Program-made: the position numbers and the translations under genes
The notes under the pieces: generated by a model
What the model was told of the DNA's origin: nothing
The model's input: only the letters and a program-made list of their open reading frames with translations
Database searches by the model: none
Source: Porphyridium purpureum
Lineage: Eukaryota
NCBI GenBank assembly: GCA_008690995.1
Contig: VRMN01000001.1
Coordinates: forward strand, 2,914,001-2,978,000
DNA: 64,000 nucleotides
Direction: 5' to 3'
Shown here: piece after piece, positions 11,519 through 22,316 of the stretch
Layout: each line of letters starts with the position of its first letter
Position numbering within the stretch: the first letter of the stretch is position 1

Positions 11519-11853
11519 ATGGATGGCTGAGGGATTAAACCAGACCTGATCGTGCGATTGTGCATTTGGTGGGAAAGAGAACCGAAGCTGGTTTACAAAA
11601 TAGAGACGGCCGCTGAATTTTATGACATCCTTGTACACACACAGGCTAGCGACTTGCTGTCTAGGATAAATGGGTTAGGAGTTTCTTCTCCTGGAGAGCA
11701 GAATCGAAAGCGTTGCCTGCTCAGGAGCACGTTCGGGCATTTGCGCCGAAGGTAAGATTGGTGGCACGCAATGGGTGTTGTTCCGCTCAGCCCGGCCTGT
11801 CAGTCATGCATACAGGAGTTCAGTACAGATGCACCTTTAAATCTGAGCCATCC

Positions 11854-11875
11854 TGTTGTTGTTGTTGTTGTTGTT
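11854..11875. repeat. (GTT)n microsatellite
   Basis: tgttgttgttgttgttgttgtt. Confidence 0.9.
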
Positions 11876-14412
11876 TTCTTTGTCTATTTTGTCCGGGAAC
11901 GAAACTGTGCGAGCAACACCCATGCGTGCATTACGCGTAAAGGGCGTGTTTTTGAATAACACTCAGCGGTGCCAAATTCACTCCGCGACGGGGGTGAAAG
12001 GAAGCGAGAGGAGCGAATGAGGCTCGATAATTGGTGCGCGATATGATCCTTACGTGGGTCACAAGCCGGCCAGTGGTTGACGAAGCATCGCTTTTCGCCC
12101 TCGTCGGATGGGGATCGTAGAGAAAGCAAGGATCAAGCAAAACGAGCTTGCTTGGACTGAATCCGGTCTCTGTTGAACTCAGTAATGTATGCTTCAGCCG
12201 TGTTTGTTTCACGAATACTTAGTCCTGAAAGATTAGGATTGCTCACATTTCGATGAGCTTCGTGGGAATAGCTAGGCCAAGGCGAAAGAAGTGGAGCTCG
12301 TCCTGTATGTATCTCACGTCGACATGCTTCACGAATGTTCCATTGACCATTGTAATCATTTTCGAAGTTCGAAAGTTGAACACGGCGGTGCGTTGTGTAT
12401 ATGATGACGACGCCCAGGCAGAAGGGTCTTGAAGGTTGTGGAACTCTTTTTGTTCTGCATGCTTAGTTTGGCGCTGTGAGAGAGTTTGGACGATGAATAA
12501 TGGGGCCAGCCTGAGAAGAGGATGCAGCAAAAACCACAGCTTTTAACACGCCAAAACTCAACAAGCAGCGAGTTTTTCAGCTGGACGGCCTTACTTTGGT
12601 CACGGAGATCACGAACGCGAGGAATATTGCTGCCGGCTTGCGTTTCTTTTCGAGCTATTCCGCGCTTGGCACAAGTCCGCTGGAGGTCAAGTTTTGATCC
12701 TTGCATTCCATGAAGAAGATGGCTCCTCCGCACAGCTTGCAGGTGTTGCAGGGCGTGCTCGAAAACTAGTGTGGAAGTTGAGAATGAGAACGAGTATGAT
12801 GAGGTGAACGAAAGTACCAAAGTCGTTACGAAACGAAAGCCTGATGGCGCGGCTTCGCAAGACAGCGGGTGAGCACAAACTGCGCCTTATAACTTCATGT
12901 CTAGGAGTAAAATTCGGCGACTCGAGTTCTGTGTTAGATACTCAGATGTGAGCCCATTCGGACAGCTCGCTTTTCAAGGAGAATGCATAGCAAAATTCTA
13001 GCCGTACATGTATCGCCGCGCAGTCAGTGCACGCACTTGTGCAATGGCTCGACACAGAGAAGCGGAGACATGCGCCCGGCTGGTCTGCAAATCTACAAGT
13101 CGATCCACATTTACGTGGGCAGATCTTGCTCCAAGCCATTCACATGCAACGGTGGTGGTTCTCCACCTCTGTTCCCAGCAGCCGAACATTATCTGGATGA
13201 CATTGTGGCCCTCTCCATTCCAGGCGGAAAGGATGGACTGAGCGTCTCGCCCGTACTCTTCAGCATCCAATGAAACATGGCACTGGACTTGGTGAAGCTG
13301 GGTAGGGGAGACGATCGCCATGCAAGTCCGGCATATGCTCTTCATCCACGTGTGTCGCCGCTTGTCGGCATTACACAAAGGTGTCGCCACCAATGCGTTC
13401 CCACTCGCCCCTGGCTGCAGGTATCGGCGAGGATACATAGCACGTCATGAAGACCGGCGAACCAGCCGTCGCAGTTGGTTTGGTAACGAATGGAGCACGT
13501 AAAACGAGACAATTCGCCACTCTCGAAGAGCAGGGGGGGTTCCCCAGTCGAGCGAGGAAGAGGCAAAGAGTTAGCACTGACTACCCGGCGCATATCAATT
13601 GCAGATGGCATTTCCACATAGTTGGACACGAGTCGGCTGAGATAATTCCCTTCATATGGTCGCCGAAGCGATAAGCAAATTGCTTTTGAGTAAAACGCTC
13701 TCCAAAGCCTCCGTACCCGGTAAGGCTGGTCTAGAGCTGCGGTTCGGATGCTGGGATTCGACTGCCAAGATGATGACTCTGCGGAGGTTTCCGAATTTCC
13801 AGAGTCTGCTCGAGACCATTCCCGAGGTGGAGAATGAAGGCGACAAGAAACTCAAACCAGTGTAAAGACAAATGACGCGTCTTGCATTTCCTCTGAACGT
13901 AAGCATAGAAAGATTTAAAGCTGTGCTCAAGCCACGACGGGGCCAATTGCCAGAGCGGGCTTGCGCAAGGATGGGATTTCAAGAATGTGTATATCATTAC
14001 GGTTTGCCATTCTTGACAATGACCATGACTGCATTCTACTCGAACTAATGCGTTCCGGAAGCTGCTGTGCCGGTACCCAATGGAGTGCCAGAGGCTTGAA
14101 GATATCTTCGAGAACCTGGACGGCTTGGACGAAGTGTAAGGACTCTGACTCGTCTATTTCAACCCTTGTCTATCAGCAGACATACCGCTTCCAAATCATC
14201 CAGGCTTTCGCAATGCCGTAACGTGTCAACTCCGTCGCACAACACAACGCTCAGCTTGTGAGAAAGACAAAGGCATCGTAGTCTGGCGTCCAAGCTTGTG
14301 CGAGTCCATCCAAGACCAAAACGATCTGAAAAGGCACATGTCCTGAAAGAAAAAAAAAAGTAAAGTGTACTCCCGATTACTAATCACCCAGAAGCAAAGA
14401 TACGTCTACGCC

Positions 14413-17400
14413 TCAATTAAGGATCGAGTTCAAAATGGTATCATCAAACCCGTCGTTCGGGTCAGTGCGTGCCTGCTCCCGATACGACAGGCTACCCACT
14501 GATTGAAACCGTACCGAGGAGGCTGTCGAAACTGGTACACTACCGCCGCTCACGTCTGAGGCAGGCAAAGGGTAAGAACCCGGAGCTCCAAACACCGAGA
14601 ACGCCGAGCCTCCGTATCCAGTCTGATGATGCTGCGGCTGCTGTGGCTGCTGCTGTTGCTGGTACTGCTGGGCAGGAGCATGATTGTGGCTCATTAGCTG
14701 CTGTTGGTGGTGCTGTGGCAGTGGCTGCTGTTGCGGATGATGATACATCTGTGGGCTCATCGCTGCTTGGGGAATGCCCATGCCCATGCCCATACCCACG
14801 CCAAAGTGGTATGGTCCACCAAATGCATGAACTCCACCCGCGGGGCCGACAGAAGACATCTGATGCTGAAATGCCCCAGAAGAGGCCGCATGCATCGATA
14901 CATACGAGGCCTGCTGCAGGGGCGGTGCCGGCTGTCCCACGCCTTGCGGCGCCTTCCCCGCAGAAAGCGAACCAGGTGGTGCATTTCCGAAAGCGTCAAA
15001 GTGAGGAATTCCTCCACTTGCACCTGATACACCAGCAACCCCGCTGTTTGGTCCGGCCCTACTAGCACTTCCGCCGGTACCCACGCCAAACACGTCAAAG
15101 CGCGTAGATACTTGCTGTGGACCGAACGCATTTCCGCCACCCAAGGATGGCGCATGCCCGCCCAGGGCATGGCCAAAAACGCTCCCGGCAAGTGTACTAC
15201 TATCAGTGAATGCATCATCAAACATTCCAACACTACTGCCAGAGGTAGCATTGTGCGACACCCCAAGCGCGTGAGCGCTGCCATTCCTCGCGGAGGACGT
15301 ACCAGCGGCAGCAGCTCCCGCTTGCTCCCACGCAATATCCGCACCTGCAGCGCCGTACGGTATGCCCGACTGAACTTCTGCACCACGTGGAACACCGCCT
15401 CTACTGAACGCACCGGCCGGCAGCGACGACGAATTCAGTTCAGCCAACAAATTCGCACTCGCCTGAGGGTGGGAGTGCGTACGATGGCCGTGATAGCGGA
15501 TGTGACTCTCAACGCCAGTCCCGGACTCACCCACGGACGAAAGCCGTAAAATCTCGTCATCGTCATCGTCACCAAAGAAGAGAGATGCCGACGCAGGTTT
15601 TGGCGTTGGCGCCCCAACAAGAGATGTTTCCACCACCGCGTCGTGCTTGAATCCGAACAACGTATCGTCATCGAGACTGCCAAACGCGAATACCCTGTTC
15701 ACGGGTGACTGCGGTCGTTGGTGGGAAAACGCATCCTGGTTTGTACTAGACGAAGCGGCACTGGTCCCTGGAAGCGACGGCCACGCCTCTGCCTCTGTGG
15801 GCGCTGGTGTCGATCTTCGCGCTGAGTCAAGTCCAAACGTGGACGCCGTTGCGCTGCTCCCGCCCACCGGCACCCTAGCGTCCGCAGACGTCGTATTTCC
15901 AACCACTTCAGCCTTAACATGACTCTGACTTTGACCGCTCACAGAGCTATCGCTTTCCTTCGCGGCGAGCACTTGCTTGAACGAGAGGGTATTAGATTCC
16001 CACGCATTAACAACGCGTGGCGATTCGCTGACGATCAGTGTTGCAGCCACCGGGGCTGCCTTGGATGCCGGGTCTTCGTCCGGAATCTCGCCCGTGCCAC
16101 CTGTCATGTCACCAGGAATCTCGGCATTCTCGCGCATGGTGCAGGAAAAGTTTTTCTTTTCAACGCTGAGCGATGCAATACGCACGTAGACCTGCTCAAG
16201 CATCTTGACCTCATCGTTGACGTTCGAAATGAAGCCTTCGCGAATCTGTGATATGTGGACGAGTCCAGGCTTCTCACAGCCAATATCGACAAACAATCCA
16301 AACTTCGCAATACCGACCACACGGCCAAGGTAGCGCCCGCCCACCACAAGGCTTTCCAAAGGACGTTTTTCCGTATCCTCCGTCTCAAATGTGAAGCTCC
16401 CATTTTTGTAAAATTTTTTCGTGTTCGTCTCACCTGCACGAACCGCGTCTACGAGCTCACGGCGTTTCAGTGAGTCATGGTCATTTGCTTGCATAACGCG
16501 ACCGGCCTCGCTCGAAAGATGCTCAAGGTACGCCGCGTCAACGTTCGGGTCCACACCATTTAGGATATCCTCTACCCCAATGATCCGCTTTTTCAAGGCC
16601 ATCTGCGAAGATATCATCGCAGCGTGAGAGCCACCCGGCGATGACGGGGATGCCTTTGAAAGCGCGTTCGGCTGCGAACTTGATGAAAGCAAAGACATCG
16701 TTGCACTTGAGTCTCCGGTTCCAAGCCCAACCTGAAAATCTTTAACACCAACGCCGTGATTGTGTCCTGCCTGCTTTGAAATCCCACCAGCCCCGGCCTC
16801 CAATGGTACTACACTTTTGCTACCCTTGCCAGGAATAATCGACATCATACCTTTGCTCGCGGACGACACAGCCGCGGCGACAGAGGACGAAGACGAGTTT
16901 GTCGCCCTGTCTGCATTCCCAGATCTACCACCGCCAGCACCGTTGCCGCCAGTTCCAAGCTCCTGATTACCTGCCAACTTCGAGAAGGCTTCTCCTGCCA
17001 CCAGATTTGCGGCACCCAGCGGGGCTGGAGCCCCATTACGATGGCCACCTTTCACCTTTCCAATCGACCCGGCTGTTCCTAGACTTGACATGGATGAAAC
17101 TGCTGCGGCATTCTGAGTCGCACTACCATTTTTCGGATTCACCGACGCTGATATCGAAGACGATAATTCCGGCCCCTTCGTCGATAGCACGCCTTGCGAC
17201 GGCTGCCCGGATGCTGCTGCTGCCGCCGCCGCCGCCGCGTTCTCCTTGCGCTTCTTCTTCTTTTCTGCATTTGTGAGCGAACGACGCTCCAGCTCGTTTT
17301 TGCGCTCAAGCAACAAGCGCTCCTTTGTCTTCAACCACTCCTCACGCAACTTTTTGTATTTGCTGCGCAAGGCCTTCACCTCGCTCATCGCCTCACCACT

Positions 17401-20400
17401 GAAAAGCGCCGGCTGCATTTCGGCCAAGTCAAACACACCAGCAAGCGCACGGGGCGGCGCCTCGCATTGCAAGGTTGCATCCTTGAGCACAGAAAAAAAA
17501 GCGTCACGTAGGCGCTCCGCTGCCTCTTTCTGCGGATTCTTTTCAGCCCCTGCTTCCGAAATGAGCTCCTGCCATTCGAGACACACCGCTGTCGCTGCAA
17601 CCTCCGCATCTGCGAAAACTGCCTCGGCCTCTTCAGGTGTGGTTGATGGTTTGGCAAACGCTCGCCGCGCCGGGTTCGCTTCAAATTTGGTTAACGACAC
17701 AGTATGTTGCACGCGCTGCTCAAAGGCTGCAACTTTTACCCGTGACTCTTCCGCGTCGCGTGACTCATTGATCAGCTTCCGAGAATCCTTAATCGCGCGC
17801 GCAGCCGCTGCCACGGGTTTCACCCTTGACTCCGTGTGCACTTTGACCAGGGCGTCCATAGCTGCATTCAGCAGATCGCGCTGCTCCGCAGTTATCATTC
17901 CCGGCGCGGACGAAGCTACAGAGGCAGCCCGAATCTCCTCCAAAACGTGCTGCAGCTCAACGAGCCGTGCGCTTTCAAGCTCACGCGCCCGCTTTTCTGC
18001 CGCCGCCTTCTCCTCCTGCACTCGCCGCTTGCGCGAACGCATGCCCTCCACCCACATTGTCGCCATCTCGGATGGCGCCGATAGCCCCCACAAGTTCTTC
18101 GCCTGTACGCGCACCTCAAGGTCCCCATCCTCGTCCGGAATGGTCACAGCGATTTCCGCACAACGCAAATAACTAGTTGTGTTGTTGCGCACTGTAAAAA
18201 TGCTTTTCTTAGAAGCATCGCGGAAGCCGGCTTCAATCATGAACTCAGAAATTTCAAGGAGTGCACCAGAACCGGGTCCACAACCGGGCCCAGTTCCGGG
18301 TCCAGTTTCTGCTGCTGCGACGTGCAAATCTTCGGCTTCTGCCTCCGTATTCCCATGACCAGGAAGAACAGATGGAAGAGAGGGCTGTGGCGGAGACAGA
18401 TCATCCCATCCACCGCCCCAGTCAATATTCACCTTCAGCTTGCCATTGTCTCGCGAAATAATTCGCAGAGCGGGCTTGACGAGTTGCGCAGGCGCTTCTC
18501 CTTCCGTCTCCGAGCTGGATGCAGTCTCACCGTTCGAGCAGTTATCGTGCGACTGACACTCAGAGTCGTCACAAGACATAGTTGTGCCGTGCGACGACTC
18601 ATAATAATCAGGAGAGTAAGACCCATCAAGTGGACCACCGGCAGCCGAAGAGGACAAAGTCGAAGCGACCGCCTGCGAGTGGCCACCGCTGCTGGTGTTA
18701 CTCAGGTGGTGATGGTGATGCACTTGCGAAGCAGGCGCATGCTTTCCCGACGCGTGGCCATGCGCCTGGCTTTGAGCCGTCACGTGAGCCGAAGGGGAAG
18801 AAATGGTCCCTGCTCCACTGCTGCTGCTGTGCGGAGTTCCCGCATGCCCATGGCCGTGGTTGTGACTGTGGCTTGCTGATGACCGCGCCGGAAGGTTCGT
18901 TTCGTGCAGTAAGTGCTTGACGTCTAGGCGTTGCTGTCTCGCAGACTGAAGCTCAGCCGCTTTTCTGCCCGCTCCTCGCTTGTTGCCGCTCGAGTGGGCT
19001 GGTGTCGCAGCTGTTGAAGGCAAGGACGTCGACCCCGCTAGCGCCCGCTCTCCGGAGACGCCTACCCCAGCACTCTTTGAAGACGTCAGTGGCAGTTTGG
19101 CGCCGCCAGCAGTCGAATCAGAGTCTCTCCCGGACACACTCAAGGCATTCGCGCCCCAAGTTGTCCCGTTACCTGCCTCAAAGGACCTGCCCTGCTGTCC
19201 TGGTCCTACGCTCCGAGCTGCCGTCGCATCATGCACGTGGTTGTAGCCATGATTTGGCTGCAGCGTGTGCTTGTGCTGCCCGCCGGTGTCGCGGCCATTG
19301 CCGTTGTACTGATGAACACCATGGACTTGTCCACTTTCACGAACATGCGGCATCGGGCTCGCCAAGTTGGGCACAGACGCCGCAGCATTGTAATTCGAGT
19401 TTCCGCTGCTGGCGTGGTTGCTGTGACCTCCAGGCGCGTGGGCGTGGTGCTGCCCTTGCGCGAGAGCAGCGTCAGGTGCATCACAACTACCATTTCCGCT
19501 GCTGATCGTATCACGTCCAGTCAACGTCGATGTGCTTCCTGCTGCTGCTCCACTGACGGTTCCGCTCAGTGAGGCTCCGCCAGTGCTGATGTTTCCACTG
19601 CTGCTTCGCGGAGACAGAATGTCTCGCGCGGTGTGCAAAAACTTGGAGTGTATCTGCAACGCTTCAAACCCATCCAGCATGCCGTGAAGCTGTGAAAGCG
19701 ACGCAAAAACGGGCGCGTCATGTGCAACCACAAAGTCCGCAGGTCTAAAGGCCGGAATGGTGGCATTTTGGTTGGTGTCACACGCAAGGCGGATGGCTGC
19801 GCGGTATGCAAGGGAAAGCATACGTCGCAACTCTACCTCACAGGCGTTGAGTTCGAGCTCCACGTTCTGTATCTGTTCCTGAATACTGACGCGCATCGCC
19901 TGGCACCGCTCTACCTTGACGCACTCATCATCCAGCCAGCCACTCAGCTTGCACGCCAATGCGCGCTCCTCGACGAATGGAAGCATAATTACATGTCCTG
20001 CCCCGACAATTGACCCTGGCGTTGCTAATCCTGCCGAAATAAGTGGCTTGTGCACATGGTCCGCGGAGGCTGTCATGCCTTCACCGCCAGACGATGGTGC
20101 GTTCATTTCGGTCTCCGACTCTGCTTCCAGATGTCCCCTGGCGCCATCTGTTGGCAAGCCAGTGGCCGCGGCCGTCACAGCGTCGCCTTGTTTGCGATGA
20201 CTTTGGTTTTGCTGCTGCACAAGCGTCTGAAATTCTGAAAACTCCGCAACTCCCTTGCTCAGCTGCTTTTTTCTCAGAATGAGGCGTTCCTCCAACTCCT
20301 TCACCTGCACCTGCTTGTTCTCCTGGGCGGCTTTTGCATGGATTCTCCGGAACACTTCTGCCTTGCGCGCCTTGTCTTGCTCCTGTAGAATATCAACAGC

Positions 20401-21597
20401 AGTGTAGGGCACGCCTGGGGAACCTCCGGTCGCTGAACCAAAGTTCGCGGGTGCCGTGGTGGACTCTGCTGAATCTGCGTCCGCCTTGTGCGAACTCGTT
20501 CCTGCGTTCTGTGATAAGGACGGCGAAGAACCAAGCCACTTTGCAACCTTTTTGGCGATATCGAATATTTCACGATGTACCTGGTCGAGCTTTTGCAGCT
20601 TCATAACTTTTGTCTCGTGTACTTGAAGAATTGCTTCCTGCTTTTTGCATCGCTGCATCAAGCTGGCCAGCTGATGCAGCAGGAGAACTGCCTCCCGGTA
20701 TTCATGCAGAAAATATGAACTGTCCCACAGGCGTCCGAGCTCACCGGACAAAAAGTCAATAAATACAAGATCCGGCGCCGCGACAAGGTCCCCGGTGACC
20801 AGCGGTCGGCATCCGCGTCCTGACTGTTCCTCAATGCCCCCATCTTCTCCACCTCTGGGAGAAAGTTGGCTCTCGTCTTCACTTGGTTTGGTAGAGAGCG
20901 GAAGCAGGCACGCAAAAGCATCCCCGTACCGGTCCTCGTCATCGTCGTCCTCGTCCTCGTCCGTGTCCAGCGAAGGCAAAGGACCCAGCTCATTCCCAAA
21001 GGAGAAGGGCAGCGACGACGCAGATTCGCCGGTAGATGTAGACGCAACACCAAAGGCCGAAGACGCAGCGGCCGCAACTGCGGCTGCCGCAGTTGCCAGC
21101 GACCAAGTTTCCGAGCTCTGGCCGCCACTAGACGCCACCGCGCTCAGCTTCCCGGACGCTGACTCGAGCTCTACGAGATGAGGAAACATCTCATGTGCGC
21201 TTCGTGTATTCATTGAAGTCTGATTGGCCTCGCGCTTCGCGGCAACATTCATGTGCAGCGACCGGCGCCGTGGTGTAATGTTCCTATGTATGCTGATGGG
21301 AGCACCTGCTGCCGTGACGATGCCGGGTCCCCCTACATGCAGCTGCGGCTCGACGATTCGACTGTTTTCTGATAAGGCGCTGCTGCCGATGTCCGCTCCC
21401 GCCTTCGGATCACTCGAGTACAAGCCAGGTGGCGCCTTGTCTCGTGAGGCCGTCGCAGCTCGCAGCGGTGCGCTGGCCTCCAGAACTGAAGCCGTGCTAG
21501 TGGCGTCAGATAATCCACCTGCGCCTGCATTTCCCGACGGAATGCGTTTCTTGGCGCTGGAGCGCACCTTGCGCCCTGCGCCCACGCCCATGCCCAT
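14413..21597 (-). CDS. 2394-aa largely disordered protein with FN3-like and S1 RNA-binding domains
   Basis: Uninterrupted 7.2-kb ORF. S1 domain YLGRVVGIAKFGLFVDIGCEKPGLVHISQIREGFISNVNDEVKMLEQVYVRI (about 16130-16360). FN3-like end LEVRVQAKNLWGLSAPSE (about 18070-18120). Coiled coils, His-rich and Gln-rich tracts. Confidence 0.85.
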   Translation of the reverse strand: MGMGVGAGRKVRSSAKKRIPSGNAGAGGLSDATSTASVLEASAPLRAATASRDKAPPGLYSSDPKAGADIGSSALSENSRIVEPQLHVGGPGIVTAAGAPISIHRNITPRRRSLHMNVAAKREANQTSMNTRSAHEMFPHLVELESASGKLSAVASSGGQSSETWSLATAAAAVAAAASSAFGVASTSTGESASSLPFSFGNELGPLPSLDTDEDEDDDDEDRYGDAFACLLPLSTKPSEDESQLSPRGGEDGGIEEQSGRGCRPLVTGDLVAAPDLVFIDFLSGELGRLWDSSYFLHEYREAVLLLHQLASLMQRCKKQEAILQVHETKVMKLQKLDQVHREIFDIAKKVAKWLGSSPSLSQNAGTSSHKADADSAESTTAPANFGSATGGSPGVPYTAVDILQEQDKARKAEVFRRIHAKAAQENKQVQVKELEERLILRKKQLSKGVAEFSEFQTLVQQQNQSHRKQGDAVTAAATGLPTDGARGHLEAESETEMNAPSSGGEGMTASADHVHKPLISAGLATPGSIVGAGHVIMLPFVEERALACKLSGWLDDECVKVERCQAMRVSIQEQIQNVELELNACEVELRRMLSLAYRAAIRLACDTNQNATIPAFRPADFVVAHDAPVFASLSQLHGMLDGFEALQIHSKFLHTARDILSPRSSSGNISTGGASLSGTVSGAAAGSTSTLTGRDTISSGNGSCDAPDAALAQGQHHAHAPGGHSNHASSGNSNYNAAASVPNLASPMPHVRESGQVHGVHQYNGNGRDTGGQHKHTLQPNHGYNHVHDATAARSVGPGQQGRSFEAGNGTTWGANALSVSGRDSDSTAGGAKLPLTSSKSAGVGVSGERALAGSTSLPSTAATPAHSSGNKRGAGRKAAELQSARQQRLDVKHLLHETNLPARSSASHSHNHGHGHAGTPHSSSSGAGTISSPSAHVTAQSQAHGHASGKHAPASQVHHHHHLSNTSSGGHSQAVASTLSSSAAGGPLDGSYSPDYYESSHGTTMSCDDSECQSHDNCSNGETASSSETEGEAPAQLVKPALRIISRDNGKLKVNIDWGGGWDDLSPPQPSLPSVLPGHGNTEAEAEDLHVAAAETGPGTGPGCGPGSGALLEISEFMIEAGFRDASKKSIFTVRNNTTSYLRCAEIAVTIPDEDGDLEVRVQAKNLWGLSAPSEMATMWVEGMRSRKRRVQEEKAAAEKRARELESARLVELQHVLEEIRAASVASSAPGMITAEQRDLLNAAMDALVKVHTESRVKPVAAAARAIKDSRKLINESRDAEESRVKVAAFEQRVQHTVSLTKFEANPARRAFAKPSTTPEEAEAVFADAEVAATAVCLEWQELISEAGAEKNPQKEAAERLRDAFFSVLKDATLQCEAPPRALAGVFDLAEMQPALFSGEAMSEVKALRSKYKKLREEWLKTKERLLLERKNELERRSLTNAEKKKKRKENAAAAAAAAASGQPSQGVLSTKGPELSSSISASVNPKNGSATQNAAAVSSMSSLGTAGSIGKVKGGHRNGAPAPLGAANLVAGEAFSKLAGNQELGTGGNGAGGGRSGNADRATNSSSSSVAAAVSSASKGMMSIIPGKGSKSVVPLEAGAGGISKQAGHNHGVGVKDFQVGLGTGDSSATMSLLSSSSQPNALSKASPSSPGGSHAAMISSQMALKKRIIGVEDILNGVDPNVDAAYLEHLSSEAGRVMQANDHDSLKRRELVDAVRAGETNTKKFYKNGSFTFETEDTEKRPLESLVVGGRYLGRVVGIAKFGLFVDIGCEKPGLVHISQIREGFISNVNDEVKMLEQVYVRIASLSVEKKNFSCTMRENAEIPGDMTGGTGEIPDEDPASKAAPVAATLIVSESPRVVNAWESNTLSFKQVLAAKESDSSVSGQSQSHVKAEVVGNTTSADARVPVGGSSATASTFGLDSARRSTPAPTEAEAWPSLPGTSAASSSTNQDAFSHQRPQSPVNRVFAFGSLDDDTLFGFKHDAVVETSLVGAPTPKPASASLFFGDDDDDEILRLSSVGESGTGVESHIRYHGHRTHSHPQASANLLAELNSSSLPAGAFSRGGVPRGAEVQSGIPYGAAGADIAWEQAGAAAAGTSSARNGSAHALGVSHNATSGSSVGMFDDAFTDSSTLAGSVFGHALGGHAPSLGGGNAFGPQQVSTRFDVFGVGTGGSASRAGPNSGVAGVSGASGGIPHFDAFGNAPPGSLSAGKAPQGVGQPAPPLQQASYVSMHAASSGAFQHQMSSVGPAGGVHAFGGPYHFGVGMGMGMGIPQAAMSPQMYHHPQQQPLPQHHQQQLMSHNHAPAQQYQQQQQPQQPQHHQTGYGGSAFSVFGAPGSYPLPASDVSGGSVPVSTASSVRFQSVGSLSYREQARTDPNDGFDDTILNSILN

Positions 21598-22316
21598 GCC
21601 AATGTCGCTCTGCTACGTCGCGTGTCCTTAAATTCGCGCATGTATCCGCTTCTAGGCACTCACAAGACCCACTCAGTCCGCGCACTCATCACGCACGGCT
21701 GCACACACGACGCTTCGAACGTGCGCTGCTGCTCTTCACCGCGGCGAACTGTCGCGCGCGCGCGCAGCAAGCTGCCCTCCACACCTAATGCACGACCCAC
21801 ACGCACGCGCGCGTTCCTTATCGCGCTCTTAACGCGGGCTTCTGTGCACCCGCAGAAACGTCCCCCGCCGCACGATTCACGCACGCCCACCCCCCGTCCT
21901 GCCTCTCTGTTCCCCCACACGCAACCTCCTCCTCCCCCTCCCCTTACCCAATGCGTTGCCCTTTCTCGGCGCTAGGTCCAAGCTCCGCGCGTTCCTCGCG
22001 TGTGCCCTGTTGCCACCCACCGCCCTTCAAGCCTTAGGGCCCGGCTACCCTCTCCCTACTAAATCTGGCGCCCTTTACTAGAAGCATGCGCGCGCAGCAT
22101 GGACGCCCTCCCCGACACTCCCAAAGCGGACCGGAGTTCCGGACTGTACTGTGAGGTACTGTTGGACATGGGTGTCTGGCGGTGCAGTTGGAACGGCGTC
22201 ATATGAGAACTCGAGAATTTAGTAGGGGTGTTGGAGCGCGATGCGGTACAGGTCTCGATTGAGCTCCCGCAGGACGGAGCAGTGTGCAGTGGAGTCTGCG
22301 CCAAATCGACATTCCA

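Noticed and set aside
12243..12530. Minus-strand peptide KHVDVRY resembling the Ty1/copia RNase H motif KHIDVRYH
   Set aside because: Single short motif with no RT, integrase, gag or LTR evidence nearby; compatible with chance.
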